Below are positions 50,849-62,870 of a stretch of 64,000 nt of DNA, one piece after another. The notes below the pieces were generated by a model, which ran no database searches, was not told where the DNA came from, and saw only the letters and a list, made by a program, of their open reading frames with translations. Source of the stretch: Phoronis australis (lineage: Eukaryota; Animalia; Phoronida); the NCBI GenBank assembly GCA_002633005.1, contig NMRA01000866.1, positions 45,388 through 109,387 of the forward strand, written 5' to 3'. Every line of letters starts with the position of its first letter. The stretch's first letter is position 1. The position numbers and the translations under genes were made by a program.

Positions 50849-53574
50849 CTGTGTGTGTGTGTGTCACATCGGCCACGCCACGATAAAAACTATTCACATA
50901 ACTAAACAAGTCAATTAGGAAATGGGCAAGTAAAACTTGAGCGTCCGTGTACGAGTCGTTTTTGCCAGGTCATTACACACAGGGCCCGTCTATTGGTCAT
51001 CTAACGAATGGCACCACAATCAAGCAACTTCGACCGGGATTGCGTTCTAAGCTAATTTCTTAAGACTTTGGAGAGACCACGAAAGACTTCGCGAGACATG
51101 GCAGCGCATAAATTGTACAAGCGAAGCACTAGATCTTACCATGACTGAGCTTTCACTCGCATCAGAAGTTGCTGTGCGGCCAACGGACCCCAGAGTGAAC
51201 CAATTGAAATTACACGTACGTGCATAGTAAATCATGGGAGAGATTTTGTGATCCAAATTCCACGTGAATGACAACGAAAAAGCAATTAAAACCAGTTTAA
51301 ACCATCCCCTGGTGTCAAAAAGTCAACTTTCATTCACAGGCGTAGAATCTATTTACTCTCCCAGAGCAACGTATTCGCGCGTTCTTTAACTTCGTTGGTT
51401 ACAATTTATCGCCCGTATATCCTGCGCCAGCCATATTACCTTCACAGTGGCAACTGAAACTTAAAGGAGCATGCCACCCAAAAAACAACCTAATTTGTAC
51501 TATTATCAATTTAGATCGAGTTGTTCTACTCCATAACGACACGTACGGTTGCGTTACCTGACACCTGACGGCAGACGGAGGTGTTGAAAATATCCAATGA
51601 CGTCATCGGTTTCACCCGCAGTCTGTTCAGCAGTTCACAACACGGGTTAATGGTGTCAGCTTATCGCTTAAAGTCTTCGTTTAACACCAATAAATCATCA
51701 AACTTCGATGTAAAAGCCTTAAAAATACACCGAGTTTTTATAAAAACGTGTTGTACGTTTTATTTCGCTCTTACGGATTTATTGGTATTTGGATACACCG
51801 TAACCTACAAAGTTCGTCAGGCCAATAAGGTCCGTAACAGGAGTTTGCTGTCTGTTCGGAGATAATTTCGAAGTATTTTCCGTGAGATACAGACAGGAGA
51901 ACCTAGATCTGTGTTGTTTAGACTAATGATTTTTTGAGTTATAAACACAAAACGCTTGTTATTATCCTGGCTAGTGGCTGGGAGCCCGATCAAGCCCGTC
52001 TCGGCCGGCCGGATTGACTTCATCAAGTTGTTATCCCGGCCAGTGGCTCGGAAACTGATCAGACATTACGAACGTAAACCAGCCAAAGTTCTGTGGAAAC
52101 TAAACTTCGAGTCAAGAAAATACTATACTAGTGAGCCAAAGTAATGAACACGTGATTATGTTGATGAATTAGCCACGAAACTGCAACTACTTACTCGTCG
52201 GGGCCGCGAATTCACTCGGGTTCCGCTTTGGCCACAGCACCGTCAGGGCAGAAGTTGTACATTGACAATCATTATTTGAGTACTGTAAACGTAAATAAAG
52301 ATTCCCCTAACACCTAGCGGTGGGATGGAAATCGAGTTGTTTCGCAACAGTTTCTGCCAGCAAACACTAAATTAGCATGAGCTCACACGGCCTCGGTGTG
52401 CCGTCAATTAGTTTTGTTGCACCTAAAGCCGGTGCTGACGCAGTGATTTATTAATTGCTGGCTTCTCAAATCATTTGCACTCACAAACACTCCAAAGGCA
52501 TTACAAATTACATCTATTGAGACAGACTTTGTTTCAGTTGGTTAGGGTGAGAAGGCATTTTGAAACAGAACGCTCAGTACTAAACGCCAACATGGCAACT
52601 AGCAATCCCGTTTTAGGACGAGCTAGAGCTCATCTGTTCCGACTTCGCACGTGGATCGTTAAGTTTTACAGGCTATCAATTCGAACAGGAATACAGTGAT
52701 GAAGTAATACTAGAGAGTCGCCGCGAACAAGCTCAGACAACGGAACATGGAGTTATTTGGTAAGCCGGCATTCGTCACAGAGGCACTGTCGACGTCTGCA
52801 TGCCACAGACACGGAGATGTTTCACGGCCTCATACTTGCTATTTACAGCGTACATTTTATTCTTCACTACCATGAGCTACTTCGTAAGCATTTCGGACTC
52901 TCGAGGAAGTAAAAAAAACGACATACCCGCTTTCCTCGCAGCTGCTTAGTTCGGACAAGCGGGAACGATGCACCGCAACATAGCGGCGTTCACTCTGCAT
53001 ATGAACCACTGACGTCGCTAACGTTGTTTCTCACCTTCCTCACAGGTTAACGCGACATCTCTTGGCAAGGTAAGGTCGACCGTATGCGAGGCGATGTGGA
53101 TATAGACCGGTTAAGACGGTAAAAAAGACTAAGTTAAATCGGGTGGCATTCTCCTTTACTGTAACTATTTGCGACAACGTCTTGTATGAAGTAAGGGCGG
53201 CCAGCCAGTTCTCATGAAGTCTAGAAATCATCTGTGATCTGAGTAGGGAACCAAGGCAAAGGCTTAAGTCAAAAGTTGTTTTTACGGAAGTTTATCGCTG
53301 TTTCATCACAACGTTTCAACACTGTCATCAACTGTGACATATTGTCATAGTATAATCTCAAACGTAGTCAAAATCAACATGTGTATCTGCTACGACAGAG
53401 TCAAGCAAGCTGTAAACTGCACATGTTCTCTCCATTTCTGTAGAGTGTAAGGTACCAGTAACTGTTTCCTGTAATTTTCACATCTTAGGTATCGACATGG
53501 TTTTCCTTGAAATGCAACAGCAAAAAATACTTCAATTTTATGCCACCCAAAACGTGTCATTGAATTGTGTAAAC
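50849..53574 (+). repeat. Diverged direct repeat copy 2, split by family A copy 2
   Basis: Homologous to 43961-45023 on both sides of the insertion. Confidence 0.8.
51465..53155 (-). mobile_element. Kolobok-type family A copy 2 with THAP remnant
   Basis: TTAA|AGGAGCATGCCACCC ... GGGTGGCATTCTCCT|TTAC. Minus strand reads MLRCIVPACPN*..RKAGMSFF.LPRE...LRVC. The paralogous empty site is the TTAA at 44593-44596. Confidence 0.9.
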
Positions 53575-54667
53575 GCTTATGCCATTACGGTGTCACGGTG
53601 GTTTATTGCAGTGATATGCATTTTACATCCATCCACTTAAATTCGCACGGGTACAGTCAATTTTTGGGGAATTTCAAGAACAACCGAGGAAAGCTTCGAA
53701 TTTTTATATACTGTAGATTATATATACACACAGGACTGGTGAATCTTCTTGAAAATGACTATCCCCTAACGATATATCTGTATAACACATGTCGGTCACT
53801 CGTCACATACAGGTGTTTATTACCGATAGAGCTGAATAATGCAAAATACTTTTGAATATTAGGTGAAGTTTTGAAACCATTATCGAATGTCTGGTGGTGG
53901 GAAGGTATTAAATTAACTTCGAAATCTCCGGCAGTTCATCACTTAACTATTTTGCCGTTTTGTATTTAAGGCTGATTGTTTTACACAGGAAATAATAGAA
54001 AGTTGCTTTGTGATATCTACACAGTAAAAGTCAAGCAAAAATAGACTACAATTTAGTTTCTAAATCTTTTACAGTAGGTTGGAAAATTGACAACACGAAA
54101 CTGAATTCGGCACGATGTTTGATAAGTATACAAGTATTGTCTTCCTTCTAGACATCTATGAGTGACCATGATATTTACTAATTAAATACTCTAGACTCAC
54201 GCGAGCGAAAGGAATGTTTGCATTTTTTATCACTTGATGGATGTTACCATGGTAACCCTCGTCATTTGTTGGTGACGTGGTTGCCATTATTGACACATTG
54301 TTTGCCTTTAACGCGACCATTTACTACTTGTACCATATTTAGGCGTCACCTCATCTCAAAACCATTGACACCGTTCATGTACATTACATATACACATTAG
54401 TGGCGTCTGAAAACTGCTTCAATATCACATATTGCGAGCTGTACACATTCGACAGCACAGGTGTTAATAAAAATTCATACCTAATAGAGTGATTTGATGC
54501 ATGCGTCTATCTAGTTGTGTGATTACAGCCGACTGCAAGTGCGTCACTTCCAATGTCGTTCGGTAAACTAGTTTTATTCTGCAAAATAGCGCGTATGACA
54601 CTGTATTAATAGAAATAAAACGACAAAACGTATCACACGAACATTCATATCTCGATCTTAACACAGC

Positions 54668-54709
54668 GTCAGACGTTTCGCTGAACTTCAGTAAAGCATC
54701 ATCAGTGAC
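54668..54709 (-). ncRNA. Minimal type I hammerhead ribozyme motif (Penelope-like element type)
   Basis: Minus strand reads GUCA-CUGAUGA-U-GCU...AGC-GAAA-CG-UC-UGAC: conserved core, 4-bp stem I, 3-bp stem II and a palindromic ACGU minimal stem III. Confidence 0.6.
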
Positions 54710-54825
54710 TATACAACCAATAAATGGTTTCATGGGAAACTATAATAGCACTACACATCAACTCAACGAACTGGTAAGGATTACACAACATTTATAAACA
54801 CAAAGGCCACAGTTGTATCTGTATA

Positions 54826-54871
54826 GTCACTGATGATGCTTGATTGAAGTTCAGCGAAACGTCTTAGAGAC
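54826..54871 (+). ncRNA. Second minimal hammerhead motif (inverted copy, stem I disrupted)
   Basis: GTCA-CTGATGA-T-GCT...AGC-GAAACGTC, followed by T[TAGA]GAC (4-nt insertion relative to the other copy). Confidence 0.45.
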
Positions 54872-54963
54872 GCTGTCTATAATGATATGAATATATCGAA
54901 ACATAAATGTTCTCATGAAACGAGTTTTTTCGTTTCATTTCTATCAATGCTATGTCCTATATT

Positions 54964-55162
54964 TTATGATATTGTGTGATACACTATGATATTGTATGAT
55001 ACTGTGTGAATGACGTTGTATGATACTGTATGATCATAGTGTATGATATATTGTGTGGTATTCTTCAATAAATGTATATCACCTTAAAATATTGAATGCA
55101 ATTATATGATACTGTATGATTCTGAGTGATACTGTATGACATTGTATGATACTGCATGATGT
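54964..55162. repeat. Degenerate 10-bp minisatellite (TATGATACTG)n
   Basis: Repeated TATGATA(C/T)TG units. Confidence 0.85.
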
Positions 55163-55865
55163 GGTTACTGTTACACAAAGAGTATTACTAAATGCAGTGT
55201 TAACTATAATATAAACTCGAAACACATGAAGCCGCTATTAAACCACGATCTGGAGTTAAAAACATCCGCGCAAACTTTGAATGTTTTTGTGCTTCCAAAG
55301 CAACATCGCGTGTTCTTTCTGTGTTTAAATTGAGCTTGCTTGGAAATACCTGGATAGTCATATTGCCTGAGCCACTGCGCGCAATCGACAAGCAAATTAA
55401 CGAGTCCGATCTGAAATGATGACCAAGCACCTGTCACACGCCCGTAGCCAGCATTTCTAGAACGGTGGACCTGTCATATTTTGCAAACGTCGACACTGTA
55501 GAGTGTTCGGTAAGGTCCTTGACACAGCTTGTCATCTTGTGTACAGATCTCCCTTCCTAATTTTAATTAGGGGTAAGAGAAATCTGTATACACAACCATG
55601 ATTCTCAGCTCTATGTTCCTGAGATGAGACGGAATTAGTAATACCAGAAATGAAGATGCCGTGACGGTTGCTCGCAAAGAACGGGACTCAAATTCGGATG
55701 TAATGTGGTCCACAATGAGAACGTTCTCGCGTTGGCCCTTGCCAAACTTTCAAATTAGGCGTGCTTAAATGAGTGGTTACACCTCATTACATACGCGAAA
55801 GGAAATATTTGGTCGGAGAATGACTTGAATTGTTTTATCTGGTTGTATTTTTACGTGTTACTTAA

Positions 55866-57515
55866 AGGAGAATGCCACCCGATTTAACTTTGTCTTTTTT
55901 GCCGTCTTAATCGTTCTATATCCACATCGCCTCGCATACGGTCGACCTTACCTTGCCAAGAGGTGTCGCGTTAACCTGTGAGGAAAGTGAGAAACGACGC
56001 TAGCGACGTCAGTGGTTCATATGCAGAGTGAATGCCGCTATATGTTCATTCCTGTTTGTCCGAGCTTTGAAGCTGCAAGGAAAGCGGGTATATAGTTTTT
56101 TACTTCCTCGAGAGTCCGAAATGCTTAGGAAGTGGCTCATGGTAGTGAAGAATGAAATGCACGCAGTAAATAGCAAGTATGAGGCCGTGAAACATCTCCG
56201 TGTCTGTGGCCTGCAGACATCGACAGTGCCTGACAAATGCCGGCTTACCAAATTACTCCATACGTTCCGTTGTCTGAGCTTGTTCACGGCACCTCTCTAG
56301 TATTTCTTCATCACTGCATTCCTGTTCGAATTGATAGCCTGTAAAACTTAACGATCCACCTGCGAAGTCGGAACTGATGAGCTCTAGCTCGTCCTAAGTC
56401 GGGATTGCGAGTTGCCATGTTGGCGTTTATTACTCAGCGTTCTGTTTCAAATGAATTATTCTCCCTCTAACCAATACTTATATAAAACTGAAATAAAGTC
56501 TGTCTCATTAGATGCAATTTGTAATGCCTCTGGAGTGTTCGTGAGTGCAAATGATTTGAGAACGCCAGCGATGAATAAATCACTGCGTTATCGGCTTTAA
56601 GTGCAATAAAACTAATCGACGGGACACCGAGGCCGTGTGAGTTTATGCTAATTTAGTGTTTGCTGGCAGAAACTGTTGTGAAACAACTCGATTTCCATCC
56701 CACGGCCAGGTGTTAGAGGAATCTTTATTTACATTTACATTACTCAAATAATGATTGTCAATGTACAACTTCTGCCCTGACGGTGCTGTGGCCAAAGCGG
56801 AACCTGAATTCGTGAATTCGCGGCCCCCGACGAGTAAGTAGATTTGCAGTCTCGTGGCTATTTCATCAACATAATCAGGTGCACATTATTTTGGCTCACT
56901 AGTATAGTATTTTTTGACTGGAAGTTTAGTTTCCACTGACCATTGGTTGGTTTATGTTCGTGATGTCTGATCAGTTTCCGAGCCACTGGCCGGGATAACG
57001 AGTCAATCCGGCCGGCCGCGACGGGCCTGATCGGGCTCCGAGCCACGGGCCAGGTAAACAAGCGTTTTGTGTTTAGAACTCAAAAAAATCACAAGTCTAA
57101 ACAACACAGATATAGGTTCTCATGTCTGTATCTCACGGAAAATATTTCGAAATTATCTCCGAACAGACCCCAAACTCCTGCTACGGACCTTATTGGCCTG
57201 CCGAACTTGAGGCTACGGTGTGTCCAAATACCATTAAATCCCTAAGAGCGAAATAAAACAACACGTTTTTATAAGAACTCGGTGTATCTTTAAGGGTTTT
57301 ACATCGAAGTTTGATGATTTTTGGTGTTAAACGATGACTTCAAGCGATAAGCTGACACCAGTAACCCGTGTTGTGAACTGCTGAACAGACTGCGTGTGAA
57401 ACCGATGACGTCTGCCGTCAGGTGTCAGGTAACGCAACCGTACGTGTCGTTATGGAGTAGAACTACTCGATCTAAATTGATACAAATTAGGTTGTTTTTT
57501 GGGAGGCATGCTAGT
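55866..57515 (+). mobile_element. Kolobok-type family A copy 3 with THAP remnant
   Basis: TTAA|AGGAGAATGCCACCC ... GGGAGGCATGCTAGT|TTAA. ORF 56028-56300 has LPRE.EMLRKWL.VVKN...HLRVC. Confidence 0.9.
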
Positions 57516-57529
57516 TTAAGGAAATGAGA

Positions 57530-58275
57530 ACAGCTCACTAATCCGAAGGTTCACTATTCCGAAGGTTCACTTCTCCGAAAATATCTAAAATTTCGAATGC
57601 AGGTGTAATTTTTATACCGTACACGCCGAAAACAACGCCGGTTACTACTACTACAACACTGTTTGGATATCATGCGCATGCGAAACTGCCCGTATGCCTT
57701 ACAAATACGGGAAAATGAGCACTTAGATGCACTTTAGAAGAATGTGAAGGAGGAATACTGATGAATTATCAACCATCATGATATACTTATCAAATCCGTG
57801 TCAAGATAGCATGATTCCACACAGCGACTGAAAAGTTGAGGGCCGCTGCGCCTCAACCTAAACCACCGGAACCACACGTACGGCAGGGTGGAAACTAATT
57901 GTAGTTAGTAGGCTACCCTGTTCCTGCCACTGAGTCTTCACTAAGTCAGAGAGTCCCATTCAGGTTTCTTAATTTGGTCCCCTCTTGGTCACCACAGCCC
58001 TGACCCGTGCCGCCTCAGATGTGTGCTTGATAATGATCTTTAGGTTAATTCAGATTCAAGAATCACGATTGGCAGTTACTGAAGCTGAGCTCATTTGTAA
58101 ACAGTCAATGTTTTACGGACTACACAACTCTTGCACACCCTTTAGATGGTTACTAAATGGACACAAATGCAATACATTATACGCACATGTCAGTTCCAAC
58201 TCATTAGCAGACAGTCAGAGTAATGCACAGTCGGAGTTCTACTTTCGGAATTGTGGACATTCGAAGTAGAAGGTA
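57530..58275. mobile_element. Probable MITE with 16-bp subterminal repeats
   Basis: (TCACTA.TCCGAAGGT) x3 at about 57535-57580 and degenerate inverted TTCGGAA.TGTGGAC.TTCGAA units near 58244-58270. Confidence 0.4.
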
Positions 58276-59028
58276 TGTAAAAAGGCAAAAATTATTGGGG
58301 GGGGGGGCACAGACCAATTCCACTTCGCCAACCTACCTGCGTCCCAAAAATGTGCACACTTCAACGCCTGGAGTTCAAATTCATCTCCCGTGGATCACTA
58401 AGATTCTGAGCAGGTCCATTGCATCGTTACACCAGTCCTCATTTTTATCGTGGGTGCGTCAGTCATCAAGACGTGCTCCGTGTGTGTAATATGCACAGGA
58501 ATGGAAAGCAAGCGATTCAGTTTTGAAGAAAATTCATTGCGCAATATTATGAGAAAATAGCAACATCAAGGCAGTGCAAAAAGAACCTTTCCCAGTTGAT
58601 GAGCAATAAGTTTAATTTTATTTATTTTGTACTTATACTTCTTTTTCGATCAGCGGTTTGTGAAAATAAATCCACTAATCTATTTCCTAAGTCAATAAAA
58701 ATTTATTGTCCCTTTGAATTGTGAGAAAAGTTTAGGACACTTTGTAGAGCTGTCCGACATTCATCAATATCTTTGAGGCTTATTTCAGATGGACAAATCT
58801 AATCATTTATTGTACTTAGTGTACCTTGCTTTTTGGCTATTTGATGATAGATCGAATGTTCCCAATGTCTGCTTGCAACTAAGTTTGTTGAAGCACAGTC
58901 ATTTCTTACAAGATTTGCTTCTAATCATAAAAAATCCTCTGCCAGTCAGCCCATTTTCATAGATACATAAACATGTAATTCAGAAACCAACAATCGAATC
59001 CATGAGCAATGCTTTTACTTTGATTTAA

Positions 59029-59910
59029 ACAGTACACACCATGGATTTTGCACGTTTCGAATTACCGGTGGCCACAGACTAAATATATGACGTAAAAATT
59101 AGCCAAATCCATGATTATTTTGTGTCATTAGCTCAAAATTTTGATTTCTCTTTCAATTTTGCCAATTTTGACATTCCCCGCCATGTGGCATCATGGGTTG
59201 AACACAAGAGATCAGCGACTAGCATTGAACAACGGCGGAGAGTAGGGAATTTGAAAGCGACAACGATTATGAGCAAGAAATGAACAAATACTATGAAGAA
59301 ACGTACGAGAATGGTGGCCAGGATGACGAAATGGTGTTGCGCGAATGCGAGAACGAGTTTGGTATGTTTTCAGCTGCGTACTTTTCTATTTTGAGGCCTT
59401 ACGAACTGGATCCTCCCGCGAGAGAAGCGGCCTCGGGCTCGGCCAGTCAACCCAGTCATCCAACAGACGATCCTAAATAAAGAGACGATGTTTCTGAATA
59501 GTAAATATTGTCCTTTATTGAACCAGGCCTTCATCGTAACATCTCCTCTGATTGGAGTCGAAACACGACTCCTCAAAGTGGGCAGAACACAAAGTGGCCC
59601 CGATCAGAATCGCTTGTTCCACGCTGAGGTCCCACACTCTCAGCTGCAGCCTCTGCAAGCACATCTTTTCATCCCTCTACGAACCTTCTCGACGCTAAAT
59701 ATACTTTACTTTCACTTCACTCTATACACTTAGTTGCTGATCCGAACAGTGTGCCGAACGACTTAGGTTCAACTCATGACGTTGTACATAATTACTATTT
59801 TTTTCAATTTTTACGTGTTTCTTTATGACCTGTGCACTAAAGGCACTGAAATCAAGTAAAATATAATAGTAAAATTTATTTTAGGGTACTAGAGTCATGT
59901 TGCGTACACT
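59029..59910. mobile_element. Kolobok-type deletion derivative, family D, with two convergent gene remnants
   Basis: TTAA|ACAGTACACACCATG ... CATGTTGCGTACACT|TTAA. Minus strand from 59672 reads MKRCACRGCS...ATLCSAHFEESCFD (THAP). Plus-strand ORF 59280-59480 has an acidic N-terminus and LRPYELDP. Confidence 0.7.
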
Positions 59911-61130
59911 TTAATGATTTAATTCCTTTTTGATCCCCTATTACTGAGTTTAAGCGACAATTCTTGTACCCGGCCGAAGTCAAAAAGTAATGCATTTATT
60001 GTCATTTGAATTGCGATTAAATTTTTGGGAATTGTCCAAATTTCATCAATGTCTTTGAGAGTAATTTTAGATAGGCAAGGGGCGTCCAAGTGCACTTTAC
60101 TATTTGGGGATCTTATTATAGTTTTTTCCATATTCAGGCTTCAACTAAATTCATTGAAACATCGCCATTTCTTAAAATATTAGCTTTTAATTGCCAAAAG
60201 TCATCTATTAATATGTCGGTTTTCGTAGATACATAAAGATGTAAATCAGAAATCAACGAACTTGTTTATCAAAACAGAATATTATTAGAAATTTTCGCAG
60301 GCATGATAGCAGATTTTTGACGGGTAACCAGGGGAACATGGGAGATGGGGCATTCATATTAAGGTGTATTTTTGCTCCTTTCCGAGGTACCTATAACGAC
60401 TGACGAGTTAACTTGAGCTAAAAAAGAGCGCTGAAATACTTGTTTATTAATTCGAATATTTTGAGTACCCCCGTTCGACATGTACACAGACATCACAGTC
60501 TTTTCGACATGTGTGGATTCATTACGGCAAACAGATCCTAGTAACGACTTTCAAAAGAAATACTATTCTTGTGATACTATTGGGAAAATATAACATTATT
60601 TATAACTAACCATGGGAAGTAGTGATCTTCAAGTTCTTCAAAATTTCAACTACAATCCCATTGTATTTTTAACATTTTCGGTTGTTTGGATAGAATGCTT
60701 TGTTACTGCTGTGCTGTGCACGGTCGTATTGTGATTTTGATGAATTAGGAATCTCAACTTCCCCTCGTGAATACTTGGCAGTGTCGGATTTACATGTATA
60801 GAGGGACACTCGAACCGCCCCATCGAGAGGGAGTCACGTCTCAAATGGGACACCTAAGATGAAAGGCTTCACATCGTTAACCTTGGAAAGAATGACATTT
60901 CATTCAATTGTCGGGTGACCTTGCAAAAAGTGACTTTCCTCAGCATGAAAGCCGGGTGTACGATTTCACAAAAAACAGGAAAATAGAGATAATCTATTCC
61001 AACATTGGGCCCTGTCGCCCCCTTGAGAATTTGCCAATTAAAACACGAAAAGGGTGACCACTTGAATGTCACCAATGGTCCTCTTCAACAGCTGGGCCTC
61101 TAAATATGAAAAGATTTATATTTTCAAGTC

Positions 61131-61336
61131 AGGAAATGCGCAGCAATTGATGTTATCTGCCAGGCCATCAATTTTCTCAAGTGATTACACAATTTAGAGA
61201 AAGAAAAAACGAAAAATAGAGCGACAGTTGTAAAGGAAATGCGCAGAAATTGATGTTATCTACCAGGCCATCAGTTTTCTCAAGTGATTACACAATTTAG
61301 AGAAAGAAAAACACGAAAAAATAGAGCGACAGTTGT
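61131..61336. repeat. About 103-bp tandem duplication
   Basis: AGGAAATGCGCAG...ATAGAGCGACAGTTGT occurs twice. Confidence 0.9.
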
Positions 61337-61807
61337 CTTTGTTATCCCTTGCTAGAGCAGGGCCTCTGGAAAATATAATTTTGCATTTCTGCATTTGCAA
61401 AACTGTCTTACTGAATTTAAAAATACAGTGAATTTTAAAATATGCTCCGCAAAAGCTTTGCTTTACGAATTTTCTCGAATTTTCGAAATACATGTATGAA
61501 TGATAAAGTGTACGTTTTCAAGTGCGTTTAGACGACCTACATGTATGCAACAAAACGGAGACCCTAACAACAATGTCCTGGCCAGGGCCCTCGAAGAGTA
61601 AACCATGCACTGATACTGACTTGTCAAATGTTCTCTTGAATGTTCTCTTGAATTTTCTCTCTTATTCGTATTCGTAGTCTTTCTTTTCTGGACTGTCCCC
61701 GGCCCCAAGCCTATGTCGGTTGCCATGGTTTAACCCTGACGCCTGCAAATTTTGGTGGGCTCGGTCCCCCCCCCCCGCTTATTATGNTTTAATGTAATGT
61801 ATAAATA

Positions 61808-62330
61808 AACCATATAGTTATCTCACTAGTGAGATAACATTTTGGCGGGAAACCGAGGCCGGGGCCCGGTCTCTAATCTTTGTACTCGAAACAAACTCGA
61901 AACTATTTTTGGCAATTTCTCTGCTCCTTTTGTGCGAACTTAAGGTAATTGGTTATCAGACTGTGCTCGAATACATTATAGTTTATGCATAGGAGTTTCT
62001 AGTTCAAGTTTGCCCTTGAAGACCCTTTTATTCGTGCTACAAACTCGAGTAAAAACTCGAGATTTCGAGTTCAAAATCGAACTTATTGCTTTAGTATTGG
62101 GTTTACAAACTGTGAACTAAGGGCAATAAATTATCTACGTAAGTTATTGTGTACTCGAGCATAGAATAATAGACACTTATCTTGAGTTCGCCCAAAAGTA
62201 GAGTAGAAAATGCCAAACCTAATTTCGAGTTCCATTTCGAGTAAAAGATTGTTGACCGGGCCCGGGTTTCGAACCTGGGTCTCAAGAGTTTTGGTTGCCG
62301 ACTTTACCCCTACACCACTCAGCGGCTGAC
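61808..62330 (-). mobile_element. tRNA-derived SINE copy 2, interrupted by a MITE
   Basis: Homologous to 48515-48666 once 61863-62265 is removed. Confidence 0.8.
61863..62262. mobile_element. 400-bp PIF/Harbinger-like MITE
   Basis: TIRs GGCCCGGTC....AATCTTT.TACTCGAAA. 3-bp TSD CGG, defined by the uninterrupted SINE copy. Confidence 0.8.
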
Positions 62331-62370
62331 GTCATCAAGTAACTGACCGGTTAGAGAAGGACTTCGATCC

Positions 62371-62870
62371 AAGGTCAAGATCGTACGTGGGTACACCAGA
62401 ACGAAGACCAGGACAAATTGGAAACCCCGTGACTGTGATCAGGTAGGTGAGAGTATGGTACCGTATCACAGGAAACTCTCGTTTTAGTTACACTTAAACG
62501 CTGACCAATCACGCGGCTTGCGATAATGTTACACGAACCGGTTTAGACCGTTTTTTTTCTTCGTGCATTTAAAGGGTTGCGTTTTGTCTATTGCAGTGCA
62601 TCAAACCGTCTAACACCATAGGTTAAGGTCAAGGTCGTACGTGGGTAAACCAGAACGAAGACCAAGAGGAATTGGAAATCACGTGACTGTTGACGTCATC
62701 AGGTAAGTGAGAGTATGGTACCGTTTATCTCAGGAAACTCTCGTTTTATAATACTTAAACGCTGACCGTACGCGGCTTGCGATAATGTTACACGAGCCGG
62801 TTTAAACCGGTTTTTCGTTCGTGTATTTAAAGGGTTACGTTTTGTCCATTTCAGTAAATCAAACCGTCTG
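62371..62870. repeat. About 254-bp tandem repeat x2 upstream of the Zn-finger/PolB-like ORF
   Basis: AAGGTCAAG.TCGTACGTGGGTA at 62371 and 62625. Both units end ATCAAACCGTCT. Confidence 0.85.

Larger units (their letters stand above)
54596..54957. repeat. Inverted repeat (Penelope pseudo-LTR-like remnants)
   Basis: Arms at about 54596-54715 and 54820-54957, each carrying the hammerhead motif. Confidence 0.75.

Noticed and set aside
51461-57519. Single composite transposon
   Set aside because: Both flanks of copy 2 are contiguous in the paralogous empty site at 44593, so it inserted on its own.
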